Shown here: one piece after another, positions 8,264-22,100 of the stretch | How the letters are laid out: every line of letters starts with the position of its first letter | How positions within the stretch are numbered: position 1 is the stretch's first letter | Assembly (NCBI GenBank): GCA_051294375.1 | Contig: CM119265.1 | Location: 10,309,042 to 10,373,041 of the forward strand | Direction of reading: 5' to 3' | DNA: 64,000 bases | Source of the DNA: Paraspadella gotoi | Taxonomy: Eukaryota > Animalia > Chaetognatha | The notes under the pieces: generated by a model | Told to the model about the DNA's origin: nothing | Seen by the model: the letters and a program-made list of their open reading frames with translations, nothing else | Database searches by the model: none | Program-made: the position numbers and the translations under genes

Positions 8264-11200
8264 TTTATGAGGAAAACGCATATTATTTTTATTGTGAGCA
8301 ATATATTTCGGTTAACATCGCTAACCATGAGTTACTTTGCGAAGTAAATGCAAGAAAAAACAGACCACAAAAAAGTAAAAAAAATATTTTGGTTAAAAGA
8401 GAGAGAGAGAATAAGAGTGAAAAGAAATATGAGGTCAAAGTAAGGACAAAAGCTCAAGAGAAAGAAAGAGAAAGAACCCCCCCCATCTCAATAGTCTTTT
8501 AGTTTTTTGTAGAAGAGGATTCCATGCGTGTGTTTTTACATATTTAGAGAGGTCATCGTTGAGGCCTTTTTCCTCGGTTCTGTCCCTTGACGACGAATCT
8601 CCAGGCTCTCACGAATGTAACATAGGGCAACAATGCGAATTCAAGTTTTTTTCGGTTTTTGTTTGAAAAAGTTGCAAGGACCACAGGGTCTTCCCAGGCG
8701 ATTTCACACTTCGCAAGATTTTGCCATGTTTGCTGATCTCCCGGACATATTCTGGCTGTCGTGTGAAGATGCGGAGTTCTTCGATGTTGTGCTGTGCGCG
8801 GTTTTTATTGAGACGCTTGTTTTTCCAACGTAAGAAGAGGCGTTGTTGTTGGGTGGGGTTTGCGCAGTTACAAGAAGCTTATAAACCCCTTTTCTATCAA
8901 CCAAAGGTGGTTGTGTGTGTTGTTGGGTCACACAACAACAAATTGGCTAGTTGGGACCTGACTTAAAAAAAATGCGACAATCATGTTTTTTAAATGCATG
9001 TCTAAGTTTGTTACCAATAGATGGTATGTATGTTATGAGAAGCAGAAAGCTAGCGCTTTTTTCTAGGTTGTCCGTGTGTTGTGGTTGTGGTGGTTGAGAG
9101 GATGTTATCGATGGGTTGTGGATGTTATTTCGTGTATTTCTTTGCCAAGTGTTTGTGAGTTGGTTTGTGGTTTGGTGAGTTTGGTTGACGGACTGGGCAG
9201 AAATGACAGGATTGCTTTGGCGCAGCTCTGGTGGTGTTGTATTCAAGCGAGATCTGTTGTAATCTGTTCTCTTGGATAACCATTGTCTTCCCAGTTGTCA
9301 AGCAAGTTACAAAATTTCGTTTTCAAGGAAGAGATGGAGAGGAGCAAATTCGATTAAGCTCTGCAGAGAGCACCCTTAAATACCCTTTCCATAAACCAGG
9401 ATTTGTGCGCAAGAGGTGGGATTATAAAGTGAGACCAGTATTGGAACATTTTCGGGTAAACTGAAGTTGAAAGAGTCCATCTTCATTTCGAGAAAGAGAC
9501 AGTCTAAAAAAGCGAGTTTTTTTGTGTTCTTCCAGTTCAACAGTAAACTGGAACCCTGTGGTGAACTAAGTTTAGGCATTCCTTAGAAATTGGAGGTGGG
9601 CGTCATTCTGGTCATTTTGAGTTAAGATGCAAAAGTATCATCCATGTACGCAGTCAGGCCACCGCAGGTGTAGTAATGCCCCTTTCGTCTGCCTCTTGCT
9701 ACAGCTTTATTGACTGTGAAGGCCATCCCAAACTTGGGCGACTTCTACCATTAGACTGAGGACCCTATTGGGCCACTTTCCTCTGTAAGTATGGTGTCGG
9801 TCATCGTAGATGAACCCAGCACGAATGAAGGAAGGCAGAGTAGGCAGAAGGTCAATGTCTTCAGGAGAAAAGCTCTAGTGCGGGCGGCAAGGTTGGATCA
9901 TTTAATAAATGATTGTATAGTGTACCTCTATTGCCCTTCGGAAGTTGGAATCGAAGGAAATAAGGCATTTGCATCATAAGAAAGGAGAATTTCATTAGAA
10001 CTGACTTTTTCGTTTTAATTTTTGAAACAAACTCGACTGAATTTTTACAGAGTAAAGTTGACCTTTGAGGATGGGACGAATTAGTTTTTATAAGAAAAGA
10101 AGCCAGACCCTCCTGAGGGCAATCACGATGAGAAATTATGTTTCGTAGCAGGGAAACCGTTTGTTGGTTTATGGCTGCTTTTACCAGCGGGTAAGCAGAA
10201 GGTGGAGGACCGATCCAGAAGGGTATAATACGAACGAGTACTCTCAGGGGTTAACTTTTTTTCTTTTTTAAAGGTTAAGAGCTTTCGTTGGATTCGGCCT
10301 CTAAAGTTTTTGTATTGTCTTCAGTGTCTAGGGTGACATTTTGGAAGAGCGGAATAAGCCTTTTGCTTTAGGTCTTGTGGGTTAGAGGTGACTGAAACCA
10401 ACGCCTATTATCATGGGGGGTCACAGAGCGATCTTTTTCTTCTGAATCATTTTTCTCACATGTTGAAACCTTTTTGTTCATGAGATACGGTCAAGATTAG
10501 ATTGGTGGGCGCTGGGGTTATTAAGAGGAATTCGACGAAGGATCTTGGATAGCGTCGTGGCGAGTGCCTTTCCGGCCTCTATTGATAGCGACCTATGGTT
10601 GTGAAGTAGAAAAAGCAGGTTTTTTCTGTTGTCATGAATTATGTTTCATGAAGGGAATCATTTTTGGCACCATCAGCAAAACTTGGTCCTCTATTTCTTA
10701 AAACGGAGAGGGATGTGTTGGTGGAAGAGTGAGGATTCTTGAAGTTGAAGAACCGAGTCCTTTGTAGGTGGAATTTCACGAGGGAATTGGTGGTTTGTTG
10801 GGACCATATATAGAAGCTATTAAGATTTTTTTCCGAAAGTAAAAACTCGAATTTCGATTGTTAGTTTAAAGTTTTACTTTATTCTGAATTCACGTTCGCG
10901 ATGGTTTTTATATAGATATTTCATTTATTTGTAACAAATCTGGAGGAGAACACATTTTGGTATGTTAGTTTAATGTTCGTTAATTTTATTTTTAGGAGGA
11001 ACAGAATTCCTTTTATAGTTTTTTGACACAAATTGCTTTAGCATCTCATTTTGATATTTCGATGGATATACTTTTTAGCGCAGTGGAGTTTAATTGGACA
11101 TTTCGAGCGAAGAAATTTGGGTACAATAGAGGTGGAAAGGACATCTTTTGGAGAAAAATTAGTCGATTTTGTAGGCGAAGAAGCACAAGGTTTAGGTAGA

Positions 11201-11550
11201 TAAAAGGTTTTAGAGATTGATAGAGATATTTGTGAACTCCCTGCCCCATAAAGGGCACATATGTGGATTGGCTTGATGAGATCATCGTATAATGCGGTCA
11301 TGAGTACATATATTGGCTGATTAACATCGGTCTTTATGAGGAAAACGCATATTATTTATGTTATTTGAGCAATATATTTCGGTTAACATCAGCTTGAACC
11401 ATAGTTGCATTTGCGAAGTAAACTGCAAGAAAAACAGACACAAAAAGTAAAAAATATTTTGGTGTTAAAAGAGAGAGAGAGAATAAGAGTGAAAAGAAAT
11501 ATGAGGTCTCAAAGTTAAGGACAAAAGCTGCAAAGAGAAAGGAAAGAGAA
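8264..11550 (-). mobile_element. Penelope-like retroelement (RT + GIY-YIG endonuclease), heavily frameshifted, with ~210-bp direct terminal repeats (pLTRs)
   Basis: Minus-strand RT motifs EILLSYDANALFPSIP (~9945-9995) and YMDDTF (~9630-9650), linker YIPSIGNKLRHAFKKHDCRIFFKSGPN, GIY-YIG motif KGVYKL...YVGKT (8704-8931). Direct repeats at ~8264-8472 and ~11333-11550. Confidence 0.85.
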
Positions 11551-11639
11551 CATGGCAGCGATCTATCGACTAGCGCGAACAAAAGGCCAAAGAATTGGTG
11601 TTGATTCCCGTTGGGGGGCGAGGCGGACCGATATCAGAA

Positions 11640-11910
11640 TTAAAACATTTTTTTTTATTTTTTTAAATTTTTAGTAGCATTAGGTACATTGACGTCTTAA
11701 ACATATAAAAAAAATATTTTAGAACTAAAATTGATAAATCATCGTTAATTAAGCATTGTTTGAAGATGCATGGTTCATCGTTTTATTTCCAATTTTCCCA
11801 AATTATTCCAAATTTGACTTCAACCGCTTGTGTTCATGATGCTGAAAATTAAGGTAAACTAATATTTTTGTGGTAATAAATATGTTTTTGTTGAAGAATA
11901 AACGTCTATA
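11640..11910 (+). repeat. Dispersed repeat, second copy at ~50020-50290
   Basis: tttttagtagcat..ggt.cattgacgtcttaaacat.taaaaaa...ttttagaactaaaattga... is shared by the two sites. Confidence 0.75.
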
Positions 11911-11913
11911 CAA

Positions 11914-12041
11914 CTGAGAGAAGGAGCAGGGCGTTTACCTGGAGGTCTTTTTAGAAAATCAGGCAGTGTGTATGAGATGGGGAGAGAGAGTAAGGAGCAG
12001 GGCGTTAACCTGGAGGTCTTTTTAGAAAATCAGGCAGTGTG
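11914..12041. repeat. Two tandem copies of a ~50-bp unit
   Basis: aaggagcagggcgtt(t/a)acctggaggtctttttagaaaatcaggcagtgtg occurs twice. Confidence 0.8.
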
Positions 12042-12432
12042 CTGGATGGAACAATGTTTTTTTGGTGCCTTTATATATGTGTGTTTTAGTTATTTAGTGT
12101 TTTAGTTATTTAGTGTTTTAGTTATTATTTTCTGTACTATTATAAAGAAATATACATGATTCTATTTTTTTTAAAAATGCGACCCCAAGGGGCCGCAGGA
12201 TAAAAATGAATACATCAACTTGTAGCGGGGACACTTTCCCAGATATATCACCATAAATTTTTTTTTTAAAAATAAAGTTACTATGCGAAAAATTTGATTA
12301 CTTCCAAAATTGTTCCGAATTACCCCGCACTACCCTAAATAAAAGTAAATATAATGTAATTAATGATACTGTTCCCCAAACAATATAAGCAAAATATTTT
12401 TTGTACACCTTAATCATTAAGACGGAACATGG

Positions 12433-12980
12433 TAGGAGTTCTGTCATATAAATAATGTTAAAGCATCCCTGTGGGATAACGAAATTTAAAAAAAAATTAA
12501 GATTTTATGTATAGTTAATAACATAGAAGCATTTAAAGTTTATCGTATTACTATAAATCATAAAAATTTTATATTTCAAATTCAGAATTTTCAAAAACGG
12601 ATTCGGGTAGAGCTTGCAAAAATAAATAAAAAATATTATTACAAGAATTCTAAATTTTTATGTTTTATTGGTTAAAATTAGCAAAAACTTTAAAAATTAT
12701 GGTATGATGATGATGATTTTAAAGGGTTTTTCCTTTATTTGACCTACTTATCATCGAAATATTGAAAAACGCATTATACTTTGTGTAGACAACTTTTTGT
12801 GGGCTATCTGAATCCCTTCTTAAAAAATAAGATTTTTACAAAAAAATGTTTTCATTGCCTATGCATTTATAAATATTTAAATACTTCAATATTATACTAT
12901 GCCTCACTAGTTATAAAAGTGATAGTAAATATTGATTAAGTATATGATGGACAAATGAATTTTATATGACAGAACTTCTA
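12433..12980. mobile_element. MITE-like element with ~20-bp TIRs
   Basis: taggagttctgtcatataaa (12433) and tttatatgacagaacttcta (12961-12980) are inverted copies; AT-rich non-coding interior. Confidence 0.6.
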
Positions 12981-13109
12981 ATGATAAAAAGGGATCAAAT
13001 TTAACACGCCTTATTAATCATACTATCTCACATCTAAATATCCTTGTTTTTTCACTAAAATAAAATTTATGTTCCCCAGTGCTCCACTCTACTATATATT
13101 GCCATTTGC

Positions 13110-16100
13110 CTGAAATCCGTTAGCATGTAAGGAAGTTCGGCCATGAAATCGCGCTTCCGCTGAATCGCCACTTTCCCCTTTCTCGAGGCGGCTGAGACAA
13201 AGCGTTCGCCGGCGACGTCGTCGCATTGCCAAAACACCAAGTCGTTCTCTGTCAAATGTAGGAGTAAATACAAATATAAACAAATAAGCCGACTCACCAT
13301 CCTTTTCCCCTAATAATACACCGACCAGTGGCGGCGACGAGGTAAGCGCCTCTGATGAGGAGGTTGAGGACGTCGGAGCCGGCGTCCTGGTTAGCCGGAA
13401 CGACGAACTTGAGCAGAAGGGAGAAGTTGGTTCGGTGAGACGGGAAGATTACGTCGTCCACGTGCCACAGGAGGATGGTTTTGTCTTCCGAACTAAAAGA
13501 AACGACTTCCCTTTTGTTTTCTAAACATCGGATTAGACGACAATAAGCGACCTCACGGTCCTTACATGGCGTGAAATAAACAAAATAGCAATACCCAGAG
13601 AATATTCTGTGTTGATTGGAGGGATGGACGAGAAGGCAGTTGATGTGCCCCTTGTGGTGCTTGACTTCCACACTGCAGGTCATGCGGTCAGGGCGAAGTA
13701 AACGGATCGAACCGCGGAATCCAGCCGTCACGATCATCCAGGTTCGACGAGAAGTGCCTTGGAAAAAATAAAAACATTTAAATGCGAATTTCCTCAAACC
13801 AAACCCTGTCCCGCACCGGCGATTCGCAAATGCGTCCAGACGACCGTGTAGAAATCTTCCTCTAAGAGTTTGTACTTGAGGACGACTTTCCCGGCTTCGC
13901 AGTCGATCAGGCAGACGTAGTTGCCGCCGCAGGTCGCCAGATCGTAGCTCCCGGGACGAAATGCCGCCCGCCATATCTTCGTCTCCTAGTGACAGCGAAC
14001 AAAAACAAATAAACAAAATAGAATTAAAACTAAAGAACGCAAAAATTCCCGTCCGGTCCACCCGTGGTAAGAGACGTGGTACATTTAATTATCTAATTTA
14101 AACTTCATGTGTAACATTACTTTGCCTACAGTCCCGTGCAAAAAAAAACGCGCCACTTTATTACTTTAAATTGCAGATGCTCTATAAAAAGTTAAAAACA
14201 TTAAAAAAAAATTCAAATATTTTTAAATTTTATTACAATCGGTCAAATGGTTTAAGAGATGATTTTTTAAACTTGAGTGTTCTAAAACCAAACGGGAAAA
14301 TCAACTTATCTTCACGGATTTTTTTTAACTAAAAAAATTATAAAATCAAACAGATCATCATTATAATTGTTTAAAGATGTAAGATGAACAAAACTTTTAA
14401 AACTTTTTTTAATAAAAATATATCTTATAATAATAAGGTCCTATTCAAATATAAAAAATTTCAATTTCATAAAAAAAATAATTTTTAAAAAATTTAATCA
14501 TGCCATTAATAAGCACATAACTAAAAAAATAAGCAAGTTGGACTATTTGGAGTTGAAAAATAAAAAAAGTCAATAATTTTTTTATCAGGGTACAAAATCT
14601 GAAATCTTTATATCAGATAATTTAACCACAGTATTTAATAATTTTATATTACTCCTAATCCGTATAGAAATTTTAGAATTCAGGATCTTAAATTATTATT
14701 TAATGATCTGGGGCAATCAAGTTATCCAGCTATTCCTCCGTATGTCCAGTATAATTTTTTTTCATTATTAATCTACTTTAAATATGATAAAATATAAAGA
14801 AAACAAGTTTGAGCAAACAATGTCGGATCTGCCTACGATAATTAAGTGGTAATAAGCTAACTTGGTCAATAAGGCGTAGTAAAATTCCTAAATTTAACTT
14901 TAATTAAAATTCTAAAAGTAAGGAACGAACAACATTATACTAATGAACATTTATGTAATAAAAAAATTTATAATAAATTTTACAATTTACGCAGTAGGCC
15001 ATATAAAATTTCAAAACAGTTTTTTTTTAAATTTTTTTGCAGATTTGGATTCGTCATAAAAAGTAGATAAAAGGAAATATAACTCTTTTTGAAAAATTCC
15101 TTCATTAAGTGGGTCAAAGATTAGAAAAAGCTATATTTTAAGCTGAAAATCAACTTTTTATATATTAAATATAGTTTTTTTAATTTTTAACCCACTTAAT
15201 GAAAGATTTTTTAAAAATGATTTATATTTTCTTCTATCAACTTTTGACGAGGAATTCAAATCTGCAATCAAAATTAGGAAAAGCCTATTTTGAAATTTTT
15301 CGATTTTATAAGGATAGTACTATATATAACCTACTGCAAAAATTAAAAAACATAAAATTAATTTTTTTACCAAATTAATGTTTACTGATGGTATGTTGTT
15401 CATAATTAACATTTAGAATTTTTGTATGTAACTTTCACTACGCCTTATTGGTCAACTTGCATAATTTAATCAACTTGCATTATTTGGTCAACTGATATAA
15501 TTTGGTCAACTGACATAATTTGGTCAACTGACATAATTTGGTCAATTAACGTAATTTGGTAAACCGGCATAATTTGGTTAACTTGCAGAATTTGGTCAAC
15601 TGGCATATTTTAGCCAATTGGCATAATTTGGTCAATCAATCAATCAGAGAGAGCGAAACTTTAAAAAATTCAAATAAATGCGTCTTTTGGTTTTTTAATT
15701 TAAACTCTTTTCCACTCCTACGATTCCATCAAACTTTCATACTTTCCTACCCACACACAAAATTCCATTTCAATTTATCTATCCAATTTTTAATAAACAT
15801 AATAATAATTGGCGTTCAAATAGTGAAATAGATTTTTTGGTTTTTTCCATTTAAACCAATTTCCACTCGCACGATTCCATCGAAACTTCATATCCATCTC
15901 AATCACACAGTTTCCTACACACACAAAATTTCATACCAATCCATCCATCCAATCACGAGTAATTGGAGTTTTTTGCTAAAGGGGGATGGACAGACGGACG
16001 GACGTATATAATTTTTTTACATAATTTATCATAATTCGAGGTTCTGATATGATAATAATGATTAACCGACAATATTTTGGGGTGGGACCGACGGACCAAC

Positions 16101-19100
16101 AAAGTGAATTAAAGAGTCGGAATCTGCTGATAAGCAGATCCGACTAAAAAAAAAAAATTTAATTTACCAGATTTTTTTATATTCAACTCTGCAGTAGAAG
16201 AATACTTCATTTAAAAAAATCATTGCTCTTAAACCGATAACCCAATTTTAATAAAATTTATGCCAAACTTATCATCTTTTAATAAACTTTAAATCACTTT
16301 TAATTTTTTTTTTAAATTTAAGTAAATAAAGGTATTTTTAAAATCTGAAATAAAGTGGCGCGTTTTTGTTTTTTTTTTTGCACACGACTGTATTATTTTA
16401 AAAACAAATGATATCCAAGCAAGAAGAAAAGGAGAAACGACTTTCGACGACGTGCCTTGTCAGACTTTTGATCATTTGCGCTGTGGCATCTGACGAAGAA
16501 GACAGGATCGTAATCGGGCACAGGTGCCAGCATTTTCATCCCCAACTGGATGCTCTTGCCCTCGGAGCTGACGAAGACTTCGGGTTCGGAAGGCGGAAGA
16601 CGCGAAATCTCGTCCAGGTATTTTTTGATCAACTCGCGGGAGATTCGATCTGCGCGTTAAAACCAATCGTCAAAATTAGACGGCGCGCAGTGTTAGGCAC
16701 TTGTAAAGGCCCATATGAATACACTCAGACCTTTTCAAAACTTCTCTAACCTTTATTTAGATTTAACGTACTTTATTATACATAAAAAGTTTTTCAAAAA
16801 TTTCATAAGACCTGGGGGCTTTTTGGCCATTTCTAACTCACCCTGCAAAGTCGGAAACTCTGGAGGGTCCTTCGGGTCGGCGGCGCGACGTTTGACAAGA
16901 CGAAGGAGTTCCTCTACCAGATCAGAGGGAAATCCGTGCGGGAGGGACTCGTGCACGCGGGTCTCCACCTCTCGGGCATACAAACCGTGCACCTCTGTAA
17001 CGATCTACGAGAGGGCGACATTAACATTTGACAATATTGGAATAATTATTAATTACACGGATTTCAAATGGGAGTGAAATGAAAGGATCAATTACTGTGG
17101 CTAAATTATTTGTTATAGCAACTTCAGATTTTTCACCCTGGTAAAAAAATCGCTGACGTTTTTTATTTTTTAACTCCCAGTAGTCCAGCTTGCCTTAACT
17201 TTCTTAGTTATGTGCTCATCAATGGCATGGGTCGAATTTCAAAAAAGCAAATTTTTTGCATTTGAATAGGACCTTCCTGTTATAAGATACAGTAACTTTT
17301 TCTTTACTCGATAAACTGGAGGGAGCGGATATCTCCCAAACTAGGAGTTGTAATCAGCTCAGCTGTTAGTAATGGATGCAGGAAGGTTAGTTTGTGTCCC
17401 CATTGGACGGATTTTTAAAAATTCAAAAAAATTGCGCTCAGCACCCTAAAAAATTTTTTTACAATATTTGCTCTAGCGCAGTTATTAATGAAGCTTGCCC
17501 TATCATTTTTTGCTCATAAATACCCTAGACGAGACCTACATAATGATGTAATAAAATTTTGAATTAATTTTATTTTTTTGGTTTTAATAATTAATTTAGT
17601 CAAAATAATATTTAAAAGTATTCTGAAAATATCCAAGGTAATTGATTCCTTTTTTATACAAAATGATACATTGAACAAGAGCAGTTTTAATAAGTAAAAA
17701 ATAAAATTTTAAAAAATTATTTTAAATACCAAAAATATTTTTTCAATATTATAAAATATATTATAGTCTTAAAACTAATTAAAATATTTAAAAACTATAA
17801 AGGGTTTGAAAGCGGACATCATGCTGATTCCAAATCTGTTTTTGTTTTTAAATTTGATTTTTTTGTTCTTGTTTACAGTCTCATACATTTGTAAAAATTA
17901 AGAAAATCGTCTCTTTTTCAAAACCTTATAAAAAATGATTGGGTCCATGTATTGGAAAAAAAATTTAAAGTTAACTTTAAAAATGTAATATCTACTTGCT
18001 ATCAAAATTTTAAGTGAGAAGAATAAGATTTGCCAAAGATATCAAGGGAAGAAGTGTCATTATTTATATTTTTTAGAAAAAAAGATAAGATTTTTTTAAT
18101 AGCCAATTGAAGCATTCTCTCATGGCCCAAGCGGCTGAGGCAGAGGTTCTTCTCAGACGAGGGTTTAGTAAGGACTTAAATTTTCTGCAATATTGAGGAC
18201 AACCTTCACAACTTTTTGAGTTCACCTATCTTTTTCTTACTTTTCTTACCTTCTTATCTTGCACAACCAAAGTCAGAGTTCTATATGCAGAAATAATGAG
18301 TAGACCTTTCCATGCATTGAAAAGTTTTTAAATCAAAAAAAACGATATGGTAAAGGTACCCATACATCATATGAATTTTTTGAAATTTTTTTCAAAAGAT
18401 TTTTACAGTAAATGCTGCCAACTCTGAAAAAAAAAAAATAAAATACTAAAAAATTGACTTTTTGATAAATATCTTTTAAAGCTTTTATTGCTACAGGGTC
18501 GAAACCCAATCTATCTTGTAGTAGGGGAGGAGTTTACGTTTTCTTGAATCGAGGAACTTTTCATGGAGATTTTCGTTAAAATCTGACTACAAATAATGTC
18601 AACGCTCCTGGGAAAAATTCAGGTAAAAATAGATGTAAAAACACTCGATTCCGTCTGTGCATCTGAGGGCTCGCATTTTTTTTCTCTTGACAAATAACCA
18701 TCATTTTGACATCAAACTATCAGATTCAAATGGACTGTCTGCTGGAAAATATTTCGACGCAATTTTTATATATAAAATAAAGGGATTTTCAACTCAATAC
18801 AATGTCAACGCATTTAACATATTTGTAATTTTACAATAAACTTCAAATTCAGGAATCGATAGCCATATGTCTGAGGGCCTCAAAATTTTTTCTTTACATT
18901 TATATGTTTTTGATATGATACGATCATGGGAAAGTGAATTAGTCATTTTGGTGAAATTTTATTTAAAGTAAAAGAAAGAGAGCTAACGATCGAATTCTAA
19001 GAGTTTTCAACCGGGAGTCAGATTCGGGAAAATCTTCTTATGGGCGAAATCTTCCAAAGAAGGTGGATTTCCGAAGATTTGGTTAAATTTTCTATATTTT

Positions 19101-22100
19101 ATGGTAGGATTTTTTGAAACTTATATTAACAATATTGCCATCATTCTACCTTGGCGTATAGAATATATTAAAAAAACCTCTGGCTTTTGTTCGTCAGAGC
19201 TTGTCCTAAGTAGGGGTAGTCTGCACTTTTATTAAATCTTAAAAGCATAAGGATCGTCGCAATTGCATAAAGAGAGAGAGAGAGAGAGAAATCGTTTCGG
19301 ACGAATCACGAAGAGAGCGCGTTCAAAAACTTTTTGGGCAGTTAGGGGTTTTTACTTTTTCCTCAAATTAATCTTTAGTTTCTTTAATCTTTAGTGACGT
19401 CGAATCGTCTTACGGCGCCTCAAGAACGGTAGTGAAGGTTTCAGTAACTAGACAACTCAAATAAACAAATATTGACGACGCCGTAAGCAGCGCTCGTACG
19501 ACTATGCAGTGCAATACAACTATTCAGTAACGTTATGACTATTCTTTACAGAGAGAGAGAAGGAGACATGAAAAATATTTGTTTGTTTTTTTTGTTTTAG
19601 TCGAATCTGCTTATCAGCAGATCCCGACTCTATAATTCACTTTGTCGGTCCGTCGGTCCGCCCCCTCAATATTGTCGGCACTATACTTATTATCATGTCA
19701 GAACATCGAATTATGATAAATTATGCAAAAAATAGCCGTCCGTCCGTCCGTCCATCCTTAGCTAGCAAAAACCCCAATTACTCGTGATTGGATGGATGGA
19801 TTTGAATGGAATTTTGTGTGTGGGTAGGGAAGTGTGTGATTGAGGCTAGATATAAAGTATCGATGGAATCGTCCTAGTGGAAATGAGTTTAAATGGAAAA
19901 AACAAAAAATATAATTCACTATTTGAACACCAATTGCTCATGAGTGGATTGGGCGATTGACCTGGAATTTTGTATGTGAGTAGAAAAGTGTGTGATTGAA
20001 CAGGAATGGATGGAATCTTTTGAGTGGAAATGAGTTTAAATGGAAAAAAACAAAAAAACCTGTTTCGCATCAATCATTTGGTTTATCATTACATAAATCA
20101 TTTGGTTATCATCGCACAATTTATTGTTATAACGCATCAATATTTGGTTATCATCGCATCAATATTTGGTTATCATCGCGTCAATAATTGGTTATCATCG
20201 CATCAATAATCAATTCCTACTACATCAATAAATTACTATTACATCAATAATTCGTTAATCGCATCAATTATTCTTCCCGGATGTTTCATTAATTTTCTTT
20301 AATAGCTAGCTGGCTCGATCAATACTACTTTTAAGATTTTTAAAAAAAATTTTTATATAAAAAAGAAAAATTGACAAAAGTGATTAAATTATTAACAAGT
20401 TTGAGCAAACGATATTAGAAATGTACTATTTTTTATTTACTCTAAGAAAAGTGCATTCTGTGGCGGTATATCCACACCGCCTCACGTCCGCCAAATCCAT
20501 TGGCTCAGAGGGGGAACACACCATCCCAGGCGTAGTGTTCCATCCACAGTCCTAACGACTTCCCTCTGCGTTGGCAAAGCGAGACCGTCCTAGGGTAACC
20601 GCGCCAGTGACTGGAGGCGTCACTGAGGGTCGGAAGCCCCCAAAGCCAACAGTGAGATGCCCCATCCCAATGGGCATCACAGGCAACCCGGCTGTTGCCA
20701 TAATTCCCCTTTTCTTTTTAACGTAGTTCAAACGTATTAAATAAAAATAATTATTAAGGTAAGTAATTTTTTTTTTAAATTTAAAAGTTTTTAACCTATA
20801 GTCTTTTTTTTAAATTCTTTTAGCAAAACAAAGGAAATTATCTCTCTATTCAATTGAGCATAATTTTTTTTTAAATCTTTCACAAACATTGTTAAAAATA
20901 TCATTTTTTAAAAAGATTATCAAAAATAGCCTAAAACAATAGGTTTAAAAAAAATTAATTTGTTAAAAAATTATTTATAATGCGAGGTATGTAACATAGT
21001 CAATTTTTTCCGCTCTACAAGATAGATTGGGTTTCGTCCCTGTAGTAATAAATCTTTAAAAGATATTTATGAAAAAGTAAATTTTTTTACCTTTTTTTCA
21101 TTTTTTTCAGAGTTGGCCGCATTTACTGTAAGTTTTTTTTTGAAAACAAATGTTCAAAAAATTCATATGATATATGGGCACCTTTTACACAAACGTTTTT
21201 TGATTTAAAAACTTTTCATATATGGAAAGGTCTACTCTTTATGTCTGCATTAGAACGCTGACTTTGGTTGTGCAATGTTAGTAAGAAAAAGATAGGTGAA
21301 CTCAAAATGTTGTGAGGTTGTCCTCAATATTGCAAAATATTTAAGTCCTTACTAAATCCTAGTCTTTGAAGAACCTCTGCCTCAGCCGCTTGGGCCATGA
21401 GAGAATGCTTCAATTGCCTATTAAAAAAAATCTTATTCTTTTTTTCATAAAAAATATAAATAATGACACTTCTTTCCTTGATATCTTTGGCAAATCTTAT
21501 TCTTCTCACTTAAAATTTTGATAGCAAGTAGATATTACATTTTTAAAGTTAACTTTAAATTTTTTTTCCAATACATGGACCCAATCATTTTTTATAAGGT
21601 TTTGAAAAAGAGACGATTTTCTTAATTTTTACAAATGTATGAGACTGTAAAACAAGAACAAAAAATCAAATTTTAAAAACAAAAACAGATTTGGAATCAG
21701 CATGATGTCCGCTTTCAAACCCTTTATAGTTTTTAAATATTTTAATTAGTTTTAAGACTATAATATATTTTTATAATATTGAAAAAATATTTTTGGTATT
21801 TAAAATAATTTTTTAAAATTTTATTTTTTACTTATTAAAACTGCTCTTGTTCAATGTATCATTTTGTATAAAAAAGGAATCAATTACCTTGGATATTTTC
21901 AGAATACTTTTAAATATTATTTTGACTAAATTAATTATTAAAACCAAAAAAATAAAATTAATTCAAAAATTTTATTACATCATTATGTAGGTCTCGTCTA
22001 GGAGTATTTATGAGCAAAAAATGATAGGGCAAGCTTCATTAATAACTGCGCTAGAGCAAATATTGTAAAAAAATTTTTTAGGGTGCTGAGCGCAATTTTT

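Noticed and set aside
15448-15640. CRISPR-like array (also considered for 20065-20270)
   Set aside because: Units are contiguous tandem repeats without unique spacers, inside a eukaryotic transposon, with no cas genes.
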